Source: Calcarisporiella thermophila CBS 279.70
Lineage: Eukaryota; Fungi; Calcarisporiellomycota
Assembly (NCBI RefSeq): GCF_041956535.1
Contig: NW_027192216.1
Coordinates: forward strand, 393,073-455,228
DNA: 62,156 nucleotides
Reading direction: 5' to 3'
Program-made: the position numbers and the translations under genes
The notes under the pieces: generated by a model
The model's input: the letters and a program-made list of their open reading frames with translations, nothing else
Told to the model about the DNA's origin: nothing
Database searches by the model: none
Shown: piece by piece, positions 50,224 through 62,156 of the stretch
Numbering within the stretch: position 1 is the first letter of the stretch
Layout of the letters: every line of letters begins with the position of its first letter

Positions 50224-51797
50224 TCACTCTTCCAGCGAGTGGTGTCCCGACAAACTCATTCGCCGCTCCTTTTCCATTTCCAGCTGATTATAGAGGAGAA
50301 AAAGCGCCTTTTCGTTCGACTCGGCGGTGCCTTGGATGGTAAAGAGACGGTCGCCTGCGCCGTTTTCCTGCTGCACGGGCGCAATTGAAATGCGAGACCC
50401 GGAGAGTCTGCGGATTTCGGAGATCTTACTCCCCCCCTTACCGATGATGCATCCGACCATATCTAATGGGACGAACACGTTCTGCGTGCGTAGTGCCGAA
50501 GGCGGGGGGTAGGTGTGAGAGGGCTGCTTGGGATGCATCATCGGGGGCTGTTGTTGCTGCGGTTGCGCCTGTGCGGTGAGGGCCTGGGTGGGGTCGTAGA
50601 ACGGGGAGGAGGGGTGGGGGGCGATTGGGTCAGCGACAGCCGGTCCTGATATAGACCAGCGCCCGCGGTAGGATCCGGCGTCATAGCCAGCGGTGTCGAG
50701 GTGATGGTGAGCGGAGAGCGCCGAGGGCGGAGGGGGGGTGTTGAATGGATCACGAGGCCATCCACTAAGTCCGCCCGCCGCTGCGCCGCTCATCCCGCCA
50801 ACGGCCCCTCCCATGCCTCCGGTTGCCCCAAGACTTCCTTGCCCCGAGATCGAGAGTCTCACTGCTGGATTGTAGAGGATGGTTCCCGCACCGCGCTCCC
50901 AGTCCTCCAAAAGGCATCGGCCAATCTCCAATACGGCCACTCGAACCGCATCGGGCGTGCCGGCCTGCACCTCAACAACTCGCTCCGTCGACTGCGGCAG
51001 CATTTCCTTGGATGCAACCATTCGGGCCCCAGACACATCTTGGATGTGCTTGATCTTGGCTCCTTGCCGTCCAATGATGGTGCCCATCAAGTTGTGCGAA
51101 ATGAGCAGGCGAATGGTGATCAAAGGGCCTTTGACGCCAGCGCGCGGGTTGACGGGAAGCTCAAGGAGGGTCTGTGCTATGTACCCGTAAGCCTAACAAG
51201 ATAGCAAAATTGCGCAAGCCCATGGTGAGCAATCTGATCGAGAACCAGGTGGAGCTCCCTCTCCCCCAGCCCAGAGAATGGCCTGAGGGAATTCGCTTCT
51301 CGAGAGGATGCCCCAAAAACAAACACACTCACCTGCGATACGCCGTCCAGTGTGCCCTGCACAGACAATACCCTATCGGGTACTCCTTGCACCACTTTCG
51401 ACACTCCCGCCTTAACCCCTGTGGCCTCCCGCAAGTGGGCGACATTCTGCCCGTTCTTGCCGATAATGGCGCCGGCTTCCTTCGTTGTGACTAATGCTCT
51501 CATGTTGAGCAGCGATCCAGGGCCGCCGGGGCGTTCCGATAAGGGCGATTCGTGGAATTCATTAGAGCTGCTGCCGCTCATTTCGTTCTCGAAGGCAAGC
51601 TCTTGATCCTCTTGCGCTTTTTTATAGTCTGTTCCAGAATCGTCTTCGTTGGAATGGCTCACTCCATTATGCCTGGCTCTCTGATTCATGAATTCCTTCT
51701 CCTCGAGCGGCTTCCTATGTTCCTCCTCCCTTTGGTCTGCGCTAGACAGGTAGGTGCCGGCTAGTTTGGAAGCGAGCTGCTGCTCTTGGTCGTCCAT
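50224..51797 (-). CDS. Triple KH-domain RNA-binding protein (Hek2/Pbp2/Rnc1, hnRNP E/K-like), 2 exons
   Basis: Three GxxG KH loops: GAIIGKNG, GTIIGRQG, GCIIGKGG. Confidence 0.92.
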
Positions 51798-51834
51798 TTC
51801 CCAAGCGTAAAGAGAAGGTAGGTTAAAATAGAAA

Positions 51835-51861
51835 GAAGAAGAAGAAGAAGAAGAAGAAGAA
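51835..51861. repeat. (GAA)9 microsatellite upstream of the KH gene start
   Basis: Nine perfect GAA units; reads (TTC)n on the KH gene strand. Confidence 0.9.
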
Positions 51862-52405
51862 AAAGCGGGAAGAGTGGAGTCAAGCAAATGAAATAAAGTG
51901 CGTCAAAAAAAAATGCTAAAACTTGTGAGGAATGCAGTAGCTAAATAGGGCTAATGGAGTCATTCAATAATGAGAAACATTAATTTAAAAATGTAAAAGC
52001 CGCTGAGCAAAGGAGAGAAAAAAAGAGGGGAAAAAAAAGGTGCACAGCGGCGGCAAATTGGGCGTATTCAATGAATAAACAAAAAAAAGTCGGGACCTGA
52101 AGTTTTGGAGGAGACACAAACCGATTTTGTTTCGTCACGAATAAGCCGGCGATCGGCTTCCAGGTAAAAGATTGTCAGTCGGGTTTGTTCTCGATGACAC
52201 TTCGTAATAGCTCCATGTTTCAGCTTTATTGCTAAGTACAAATTAGCCAACCCGAACTCCGTTGCCCAAAGAGGCCCTCCCCTTGCCTCGACATATTACC
52301 GATAGATTCCCCCCCTCCAAGCAATGGGGTCGGTCTGAAATACACACTGTTTATTTCGATTCATTTAGCATGGGTTTGGAATTCCGGGCGCTTTAATTAG
52401 CTTGC

Positions 52406-54954
52406 TCACAGCCCTATCAGTTCGTTGCGCAGCGCTTTCTCCCGCTCAGCGCCCATCATTTCGTATCCGCCCACTTGCATACTGAACGTTCCCGCTCCGC
52501 CCGTCAGCGAGCGCAGCACGGAAGAGTACCCAACCATCGCACTAAGCGGCACGCGCGCCCGCACGATTCGCCGGCCCCGCTGTCCCATCCCGTCTGCGGA
52601 ATGCACCGATACTCCTAGCGGGTCGGGCGGCAGGTAGAGCTCGCCCGTCGCTGCGGCACCTTCACCCTCCGACTGTTCCTCGTCGTTGTCGAGACCAAGA
52701 ATGTGTCCACCCCGGACGCCCACCATATCGCCAACCACTGCGCCAAGATGCTCCTCCCCGACCTCCACCAACACGTCCATGACCGGCTCTAGCAGCACAG
52801 GAGAGCCAGCCCGTACCGCATCCGATAGAGCCTTCCCGGCACTTGCCGACACCGCGCCCACAGTGGACTCTGGCCCAAAGAGCTTGAGACCGTGGACGTG
52901 AATGTCAAGGCCGGTCAGAGGATATCCGAGGAGGATTCCGCGAGAGATGGAGGCCAAGACGCCGGCGTGGAGAGCAGAGTGGAGCTCCTCCGCCGAGAGA
53001 TGGGCCGAGGAGGACATGGAGGCCCTGGGGGCCTCCTCATTCTCACCGGAGTCTGCGGCGGCCGTGTCACCTCCAAGCACTTCGGTATCCATCTCAATTC
53101 GGACCCGATTTCCACCCTCGTTCGGCTCGCCTCTATCCCCCTCTGGCAGTGGCTTGACATGGACTGCAACCTGCGCGCGCGCTCTCTTCCCAGCAATGTC
53201 GCGATCGTAAAGGCCCGTGGCCGTCCCCTCGCATTTGGCGGTCTCTCGATAGGAAATGCGCATCGGTCCTATCTCCGCATTGACCTTCATCTCCCGGAGC
53301 CGCTCCTTTACGATCTCGAGATGCAATTCTCCCATTCCACTCAGCAGAGTCTGGCCAGACTCGGGATCCACCCTCACATGCAACGAGGGATCTTCCCGCT
53401 GTAAGTTTGCTAGTGCTTCCTTGAGAGACCTCTCCTCCGACACCGAGGCGGGCTCAACCGCACACATGAATACGGGGGCTGGAATATCAATGCTGTCCAG
53501 CCGTAGGCCCTTTCGTGGATCATTCGATCGCACGAGGGTATCCCCGGTTCGCGTATCACGTGTCCCGAGAATCACCCCGATGTTGCCAGCCGAGATGGTG
53601 GGGATCTCTTCCACCTGGTCCGCATACATCTGCAGCAATTTGGTTGCACGCTCCTTAGTCTTGGTGGTGGCATTGAGAAGCATCATGCGATTATCCAGTT
53701 GTCCTTTTGGCGAAACGATACGGATTAGCCCAACCATCCCAGAGGAAATAAAGACAATGCAAGATAATCCAAATTTACCAGAATAGACGCGTACAAACAC
53801 CATGGAGCCTCTTCGCGCGTCATGGGTTACCTTGAAAGCCAGCGCCACCAGTGGATCGTTCTCCTTAAGTGGGATGGAGATCTTTTTCCCATCGGACAAG
53901 GTTGCTACCGGTGCAGGTCGGTCCAGAGGAGAGGGCAGGTAATCCACCACCGCATCCATCAAGGGTTGCACGCCAATGTTCCTAAAGGAGGCGCCACACA
54001 AAACAGGCACTGCCTTGTTCGCCAGGGTGACGCGGCGTAGAGCTGCTTGAATGTCTTCTGCCGGAACGGCAAGATGGTCGCCGTTGGCAAGAAAGACCTC
54101 GACAATTTGCTCGTCCAACTCGGCCAGCGCCTCCACCAGGGCAATGCGAGCTCTGGAAGCCTCTGGGTTGGACCCTGCGTCCAACGGAGTACGCTTCATG
54201 CCGCTCCCACGAGCATCCTCCCACTCCACCTGCTCCATCTTGACGACATCTATCACGCCACTAAACTTTTGGCCGCCCTCCTCACCCCACAGCGGCAGCT
54301 GACAAACGAGAGGCCTTGCCCTCAGTTTTCCGGCAATCTCCTTGACCGCCTTTCCATAAGCCGCGCCCTCTCGGTCCATCTTGTTCACAAACACAATCCT
54401 CGGCACACGGTATCGCTCAGCCTGCTTCCAAACGGTTTCCGTTTGTGCCTCCACCCCCGCTACGGCATCCAGAATAGTCACTGCGCCGTCCAGCACCCGT
54501 ACGCTCCTCTCGACCTCCACGGTGAAATCAACATGCCCCGGGGTATCGATAAGATTGATTCGATGAGCTTTCCAGGGAAATGTGATGGTGGCTGCCGTTA
54601 TTGTAATCCCTCGCTCGCGCTCCGCTTTAAGGTAATCCATGATGGTGTCGCCATCGTCAACGGAACCGATTTTGCGAGAAAATCCGGAATAAAAGAGCAT
54701 ACGCTCAGTGGTGGTGGTTTTCCCTGCATCTATGTGGGCAATAATCCCGATGTTGCGAGTTTTGGCCGTCGAGAAATCTGTTCGAAATGAGAATGAGAAT
54801 TCAGTGCCCCGAGGTTCAATAGTTGGGTATATAAGGCATGTTAACGAAAACCTTGGGTCGATTAATGACCTCCTTTAGGCACTGACGAGTACAGGCGACA
54901 TTTTAGTATTCGCCATGGTGGCACTGTTCTATGCAATGCCAACGTCTTGAGCAT
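52406..54954 (-). CDS. MEF2: Mitochondrial elongation factor G2 / ribosome-releasing factor 2
   Basis: Presequence MLKTLALHR...RLYSS, RNIGIIAHIDAGKTTTTERMLFYSG, ERERGITI, DTPGHVDF, NKMD, EDPSL, GMGELHLEI; a probable in-frame intron near 53700-53780. Confidence 0.92.
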
Positions 54955-55180
54955 TATTAATATTTTTAGTTGGGTATATCGAGAGCATATTTTTTATTTT
55001 CACTTGATTATAGAGGAAACGTAGATTTGTGCTGCGCCATTGAACAGTATTAAAAAATAGCCAACCAAGAGATATATGGAACAGGATATAAAACGAATAG
55101 GCAGTTCCAGCCCACAAGCGTGATTCCAATAGACGCTTCAGCTGACTTCAACGGTGATATTGATGGGCGGGGACTCGTTT

Positions 55181-55429
55181 TTAGCAGCTGCACACTTCGC
55201 GGCAATGGCACCCTATGCCGCTTCCGCGGCAAATACACGTTGCAGAGTGACTCCAGAAGAGCCTGCGCTGATTTTGAAAGTCAGGCGTGCACTGAGGGGG
55301 ACCAGCCGCGGAGGGGGATGAGGTCAGCGAGGCCTGGTGGGCAACGCGCGGGCCATGTGGTCGTTGAACGTGCACTGGATGCTGGAGATTGAGCTGATGG
55401 TATTGAGCGTGATTGTGGGAACCAGACAT
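55181..55429 (-). CDS. Small His-rich / Cys-tail protein (82 aa), metallothionein-like C-terminus
   Basis: ATG follows a long CT-rich leader like those of other genes here; C-terminus CICRGSGIGCHCREVCSC* has three CxC pairs. Confidence 0.6.
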   Translation of the reverse strand: MSGSHNHAQYHQLNLQHPVHVQRPHGPRVAHQASLTSSPSAAGPPQCTPDFQNQRRLFWSHSATCICRGSGIGCHCREVCSC

Positions 55430-57126
55430 GGGTTCAAAATGAGGTGCAGGGAAAGAAGGTTGAAGAGAAGGAGGAGAGGAGGGGGCGAGGGGGGAGGGGA
55501 GAAATAAGCTTGAGAAATCAGAATAAAGAGCGAAGCAATATCAGGACCTTGAACTATAGATAAGAGGGCCCGCTTATCACACGACTCACGCTAAACTATG
55601 CTCCCTCTCTTTCTCCTTTGAACAAGGTTGCGAGAATCTTCTGAATCGCATTTTCGTCAGACTAGGTTTCCTGATTTTTTTAACCGTTTAATTTCCCCGT
55701 TTTGTACTGCTCTTATTCTATCTGAAGCACGGACTGTGCACGAGTTGGGCTTCGCCCAATTTTTCAGGAAAATGGCGCGCCCGTTCTTACGCAAGTTCCG
55801 ATTGAGAAATCGCTTCTGGCAAAAGAGGCACAGGGAAAAGCGCTTTTAAGACATCTTGCGTAGTCCATCCTGAGAGTGGAGGTCGATGAAGCTGGCCTCG
55901 TTGGCATTGTGGGGCTAAGGCAGAGATCTAGAAGAGACTGATGCAAAAATAAGGCTAAAACAATCGACATCGGGCAGACGGTGCTGGGCCAGAAAAGAGC
56001 AACGGCCTTTGAACGCATTTGTCTCTATCGGAGAAAAACGCGCTCCTGCGTCAATGCCAAACAAACTCGCTCCACCGGCAGTTCTGTACGGAAGGACTGG
56101 CTCCTGAATTATTGGACATTCCTTCTCTGGATGCCCAATAGCCCCCCTTAGGTTACAATCAGCCCAATCCGTATCTGAGCACGATCAGTGTCCACACAGG
56201 TCCAAACCTACAACATATGACGTAGCCACGGGAAAAGGTAATAAGCATGCTTGCAGGCATGAGCGAAATGCGAAGGCGGAATATACATATGGCTTATACA
56301 CATCAAGCCCAGTTATTTGTTATCTTTCAAAACAAATACAAAATAAGCATCGCCTCTGGATTTGCAGAGACTCGTTATGCGCATGGAGAAGAAGACGGAA
56401 CTTTTTCTAGCTTACACTAGGAGGATACAATGGTACATAAGTAATCAAGACAGTTTACAAATGTGAAGCAGGCTAACTAGGAAGAGGCGGTGGATATTGG
56501 CAAGGCTGAAGGTAGTATTTTGTATCTGAGATTATTGCTTTCCCCAACCTATCCTTTCTTGTACACTACTTTTTGTATTTTTTTTTATCACATTTTGTGC
56601 TGAGAGAGACCATTTCCTGGGTGATTTTGACGCTAAAGTGACACTGGCATTAATAAAATAAGAGGTTTTTCAATAAAGATACATTTTTAGAAAGCTCCAT
56701 GGAGGGATTCAATGCTGGCCTAGTCTGGAAATGAAGCCACAGTCAATATTTATTTCAGCTGGGGAAAGGAGAGACAGGAGAAGACCAAAAGGATATATAA
56801 TGAGATATAGGGGATTAAAGGTGTGTAAACTAAAATAAAATGCATTCACGTACGCATACGTATACATACACACACACATACATATTTATATGTATGTTTG
56901 TATGCACTTTATATAGAGGTAGAAAAGCCAAATGCGACTATTAGCTCTCCCATTTCCCCAGCAAGTAGGGAAAGAACACGAAAATTCGGAATCCAGTAGG
57001 AAAAACAAGGCCAACATCAAATAAATTTATAATAAATAGCCAGCTGAAACAAAGCCTGGAGGATATAAGGGGGAGGGAAGGGGGGGGGGGGAGAGTCGAA
57101 GCATGCCTCGAGAAAGCGCATGGACG

Positions 57127-58774
57127 CTAGTCTGAGATGGAGAGAATACCGTCAGTCCCTATATCCAACTGGGTTGGGTCACGTTAAGTCGCGAATACTT
57201 ACTGCAAATGAAGAATCGTATTAGTTTCTGCAAAAATCCTCTGTTCGGCCGTTTGAACTCCTTATGGAAATGGCCCTTTTGATATTCAATTGGGCGAGGA
57301 GGTCGTGACCCCGGTTGTGAATAATGTGCTCGGACACGCTGCTGACCCTATTGATAATGAACAGAGACAAGTTGGGACGATGGCGTTGGCTAGAATAAAT
57401 GGATAAGAGATGTCCCAGTCTCCGGAGAACTTACCTCCCATCTCCTGCCGTTATAAATCTCTCGCTTATCTTCCTTTATGCAATACCAATCGTATACCCC
57501 GTCCTCTACCACACCTGCTCGAGCCGCCGCTTTGGACAATAAGTCCCGCAAAAAATCATAGTCGGGTGTTTCTTCAAAGCCAAGCTTCCGCACATAGCTC
57601 ATATATACTGCAAATTCTTCTAGAGTGATGAAGTTGAGTGGAAAACAGGTTAGTCGGAAGCGAAGTGAAGGAGGGTACTCCGAGATGAGAGATGGTATTT
57701 CAAACCTGGGAATCCCGCACAAAGCTCCTTGATTGGGGTTAGCTGCTTGCGCTCCCCGATTTTCTCGTACTTTTGCTTGTTTGTTTGCGCTTTGAGACCC
57801 TGCCATGGAAGTGACCCTCTAAGGAAATACATAAAGACATGGCCTAGCGACTCCAAATCATCTCGCCGGGATTGTTCTAGCGTGATTACAAAGGGATATA
57901 AGTATCGTCTCGAAGGGGGGAGGGTAAAAATGTTCGTCACTCACCTCGTCCTAGATGCATGTTGATGCTCATATACCGAGCCGTGCCACTCAGGCTCTTC
58001 TTTTCTCGATATGGGATGTGTTGATGTGTGCGGGGATCGCGATAGTGTTTCGCCATCCCAAAATCCACAATAAAAACCGTATCACTGTACTTGCCCGGCC
58101 GTCCAACTAGAAAATTGTCCGGCTTGATATCTCGGTAAATGAGGTTTTTCTCGTGGATGGTTTGTAGCCGGGTGATCATTTGCTTCCCGAGCATCACCAC
58201 CGTCTTGACGCTGAACTTGCGGCCACAGGCGTCAAAAAGATCTTCAAGACTGGGTCCCAGGAGATCTTCTACCAAAATGTTATTCAATCCCTCTTGGCCA
58301 AAATAATATACATTGGGGATTCCAACTACAATGAGAAAGGCGTGAAGAGAGTGTAAGAAAATGACCTAGTATACAAAAAAACTACGGAGAATGCGTACTG
58401 CAGCCAGCAAGGATTTTATATGCGCGGTATTCAGAGTGTAGCTGTGGGACTTCACACTTTCTCGGCTCTAGCTTAATGGCTACGGGTTGATTGTTGAGGA
58501 GATTCACACCTATAGAGTAGGAGTGCATACAAAGGTTGAGATTTAATATGCTCACTCAAGGATATGGAGAGGAAGAGCAACCACACTGGGAGAGTGTATG
58601 AAGATATTTCAGAGATTGCTTACCATCATAGATTATACCAAATGATCCCTCTCCTACTTTTTTGTTCATCTTGTAGTGAACACCCACAACATTATTGGAC
58701 AAAGGGAATGCAAGTGATGAATGATAAGACGGATGGTTTGAATAGGGATGATGATGAGGATGGTGATGCGCCAT
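57127..58774 (-). CDS. Casein kinase I (Yck/CK1-gamma-like), multi-exon
   Basis: [62 protein letters not shown]; predicted end [12 protein letters not shown]|N*. Confidence 0.95.
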
Positions 58775-59264
58775 AAGCAGCTGATATCGGATATTGTATA
58801 GGTAAAAAGAGAATCGTCGTGGGATAATGAGGGTAGTTAAAGCATGGATCAATAGAGTTTAATAGGAGGAACGAGTAAAGCACGTTCTAAAGTCGGAAAA
58901 AGCAAGTTGAAACCAACAGACAAAAAACCGTTTTAGTTCCTGGGAATCCTCACCTGAAATTCTGTCTGAAAGCTCTCTTAACCACCCACCGTGTTCAACC
59001 TAGTGCTTGCCTGCAATCGAGGGCCATCTAATTTTCTTTTCTAACAAGAAAACGAGTAACTGCTCATAACCAAAGACACTAAATAAGTCGAGGCCACATA
59101 CCACAAACGAACATTAAGGGAAACAAATGGGTGGGATTTCGAGAAAAACAGGAAAAATGCCCCGTTTTATTAAAAAAAAAAAAAAGATAACTTTAAGAAA
59201 AATTTAGGGTAAAAAAAGATGAACCACGACAAAAAACTTTTACTAGGCAATAGAGCAGTGCAAA

Positions 59265-59788
59265 TTAACCATAAATCAATCGGAAAATGTCGTTATAGAC
59301 AAAGTAAGAGCCACCCTCAGAGATGAGCTGGAAAGTCTGAGAGAACTGCTGGGGGTTCTGCTCCTCATCGATGAGCAGCTGGCCGGATACGGTGACAAGC
59401 AACGCATTCATCTGGGGATTGGCAGGCTGTGCATCAACTGTGGAAATACGATGGGCTACCTTTTGAAAAGGGAGATTCTAATTGGCAAAGCGACAAAAGA
59501 ACATAAGTGACGTGAGGCGAATATGTGCGATTTGCTAATCTCACCAGGAGTTTTTCCATGATGTTAGCCTGCCCTTGGAACTGAGCACCCTCAAATGTAA
59601 GCATGGACACATCTTTCTATAAGTCAGCGATAAAAATGGTAAATTATCCTATTAGTATCGAGTGATTGAAAATGGAAATGAAATAAAAAGTAACACACGT
59701 AAAGTCCGCGCAATTGTTCGCGATTTGAATCAAAACTTTGGTAGTAAAAATCCGTGAAGGATTTTGCAACCGCATTAATATCCGTCAT
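59265..59788 (-). CDS. NTF2: Nuclear transport factor 2, 3 exons
   Basis: MTDINAVAKSFTDFYYQSFD...LY, SMLTFEG, VSGQLLIDE..NPQQFSQTFQL, YNDIFRLIYG*. Confidence 0.95.
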
Positions 59789-60000
59789 TATGATAGAATG
59801 TCCTGCGTGATGGTGTAGTTTCAAGTGTTGGAAATCAAAAAAAAAAAGTTTCTTTAGCCTTCTCACGAATAGGTAAACACCTTTGGAGCAGGGTAGGTAC
59901 TGCGCCACTTCTTGTTCCCTCTCTCTCTTTAACGCCTCCGCGCATTTATTCTTGTCCTTGCGCGTTTTCTGTCGGAAACTTCTCAGTCTATAATTCCAAC

Positions 60001-61404
60001 ATGAATCCTCAAATGGCGAACATGTCCCTCCACGACCAAGAGCGCGCACCTAGGAATCTTCCCGGCCAAGAGTACGTAGGCCAGATGCAACGGCGGACAA
60101 TGCAATGCTTCGTGCCTATATTAAGCAAAGCCGGTAATTCACTTTTTTGGAGAGTGGATGGGTTTATAGCCTGATTTATAGGATTTGCGAGTAGCCAAAG
60201 AAGTACCTTTGCACACTGCTGCCCAGGTGCCATATGTTGTGGTTGACTATGGATGTAATGGAGGTTTCCACAGGTAAATTTATTATATAGTATTTTATTT
60301 CCCGTCTCTTACCAATTTGCTGCCGCATCATAATCAGTATGCCACCGGTAGCTGCCGTAGTGCGTGCTATTGAGAACCGCTCCACGAATACTCTTCCTAA
60401 TTTTATGGTTTACCATGCTGATCTCCCCATGAACGAGTTTGGACCTCTCTTTGGTACTTTGCACAGCCCCGCCGTCAGCTATATGTTCGAACTTCGGCCC
60501 CACTCCCAGCAACAACAACATCCACATCAGCAACAACATCCCGAACCCCCAGCTATCAAGAAAAACATTTTTCCTGCTGCTATTGGTCGCTCCCTTTTTG
60601 AGCCGTGCCTGCCGCCACTTTCTGTCGACTATGGTTTTTGCCTCCTTCTGCTGGCGATGGTTCACAACCCGCCACCTCTCGAACGTGCTCTTGTTGTTCA
60701 TTCCCCGCTGGCCTCTTCGCAAGAACGCAACGCGTGGAGAGCGGCGGCACGCAAAGAACTAGTGGACTTTTTGAATGCGCGAGCGGACGAATTTCGTGCT
60801 GGTGGCCAACTGATCCTCTCCGTTGGGGCTGAGGGTGGAGAACGTGGCGAAAGCGTCATGCTGCGGATGGAGGAGGCTGTCTTGGAGTTAGTTGAGAGCG
60901 GCAAGATCCCAAATCATGTAAAACATCAGATGGTCGTACCCGGTTACTCACGGTCAGAGGCTGAGGTGCGAGAGGCAGTGGATGCCGTGGGTAAATTCAG
61001 AATTCGCGAAATCAAAAGCGATGCGGTGGTGCATCCTGCTTGGGAAGGTAATCTATTGTCCTTTGCTTGTTCCTTTTTTTTTATTCCTTTTTTATCCAAT
61101 ATTCACGAGGGCTTAGTTTTATTTATCCATTGCTTATTTTTCAATAGCGTTCCAACAAAATAGCATTAGTGCCAAAGAATACGTTGAGGTTCTTGTGGAA
61201 TATGCAAGGCCCATGATAACGAATGCTCTTGTACATGGGATGATGCAGGCGGGCGTGATGGGGCCGATGATGATGCACCCTTCTGCCCAGATAATGATTC
61301 AGCAACTCACCGATGAGATCATGGGTAAGGCGCGCGCGAAACTCGAACGCGATCCTAAACCATTTACTAGTCGTTTGCTTCTTGTATGGTTGGAAAGAAT
61401 TTAA
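60001..61404 (+). CDS. SAM-dependent carboxyl methyltransferase-like protein (SABATH/Methyltransf_7 fold), 4 exons
   Basis: VVDYGCNGG, ADLPMNEF, GRSLFEPCLP, FLNARADEFRAGG, YSRSEAEV motifs. Confidence 0.8.
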
Positions 61405-61986
61405 ACAACCTCTCTCCCTATTAGCATCCTTTTTTCACCTATATATAAATATATATAATCCCCCTTTCCCGCTCTCTTATGCTCTCCTACCCCTTTTTAT
61501 TTTACTTTATCCCCTATATACAATTACTATATCCTTTACTATCTATATCATCTTACTACATACAAATACATATATATATCCCAATCCTGTTTATCTTCTC
61601 TTGGAGTTTCTGGCTATATTTTAAATCCGGACATCTTATAAATGATTTATATATCTGTTTATATTTGGAAGCACCCAGTGCTATCAATAGAGTATAACTA
61701 GAAAGAAGTTAAAATTTCCGCTTCTTTTATCCTCAGTAGTTTTGAATACATGTCGGGGTCTCGGGCAAATATGAAATGAGCTGGTATAGTGTTGAATGGA
61801 ATGAATGAGTTAATTTGGTTGTATCAAAGATATAGAGCATATTTCTTGTCGCATATTGAGGATGCAAATAACAAGTAGAATTAGCATCGGGTGCAAAAAA
61901 AAACACATCATATACCAACTGGGCCACGTAATTTGAAAGGAAAAAAATTCAATTGTGGATAAAAAATTATTGTACTAAGAAAAAAT

Positions 61987-62068
61987 CGTCGCCTGCAGGA
62001 TTCGAACCTGCGCGTCCAAAGGACAATGCCTTAGCAGGGCACCGCGTTAACCACTCCGCCAAAGCGAC
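61987..62068 (-). tRNA. tRNA-Ser(GCT), identical to the copy at 177-258
   Basis: Exact reverse complement of 177-258, followed on its own strand by a T-run. Confidence 0.97.
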
Positions 62069-62156
62069 TCTCCGGCAAACTCATCTAAAATTGGGATAAT
62101 AGGTTATGAATTCTAAGCCACAAATTTTTAACACAATTCTATAACAGGGGGGAAAA

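Noticed and set aside
56850-56910. Inverted AC/GT-rich repeat downstream of CK1
   Set aside because: Low-complexity microsatellite; pairing is expected by chance.

Overview
Compact, intron-rich eukaryotic DNA from a fungus. Fungal-type ATP18, PEX26 and Cox4 sit alongside SZT2, a PHIP/BRWD orthologue and a probable INTS5, so I infer an early-diverging (non-Dikarya) lineage. Two identical tRNA-Ser(GCT) genes in inverted orientation bracket the window. Between them are 21 protein-coding genes, rebuilt by hand from GT-AG splice sites: INTS5-like, SZT2, an intronless bacterial-type MFS transporter, PKA-C, PCID2/Thp1-like, SHQ1, PEX26, COX4/COX5B, an atypical G-alpha, BRWD/PHIP, F-box/LRR, UBE2G1/Ubc15, ATP18, COA8, a membrane-anchored RlpA-like protein, NOP2, a KH protein, mitochondrial EF-G2, a small His/Cys-rich protein, casein kinase I, NTF2 and a SABATH-like methyltransferase. 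Several of these are largely invisible in the ORF track. The most notable observations are: a G-alpha lacking both catalytic residues; a 2-nt microexon needed to build the BRWD N-terminus; a hairpin-dense non-coding segment with an Sm-like site next to the MFS gene; the HGT-like MFS gene itself; a metallothionein-like small ORF; and the head-to-head KICSTOR/Integrator-type pair. No transposase, rRNA or CRISPR was seen. All family calls come from remembered motifs, not database searches.
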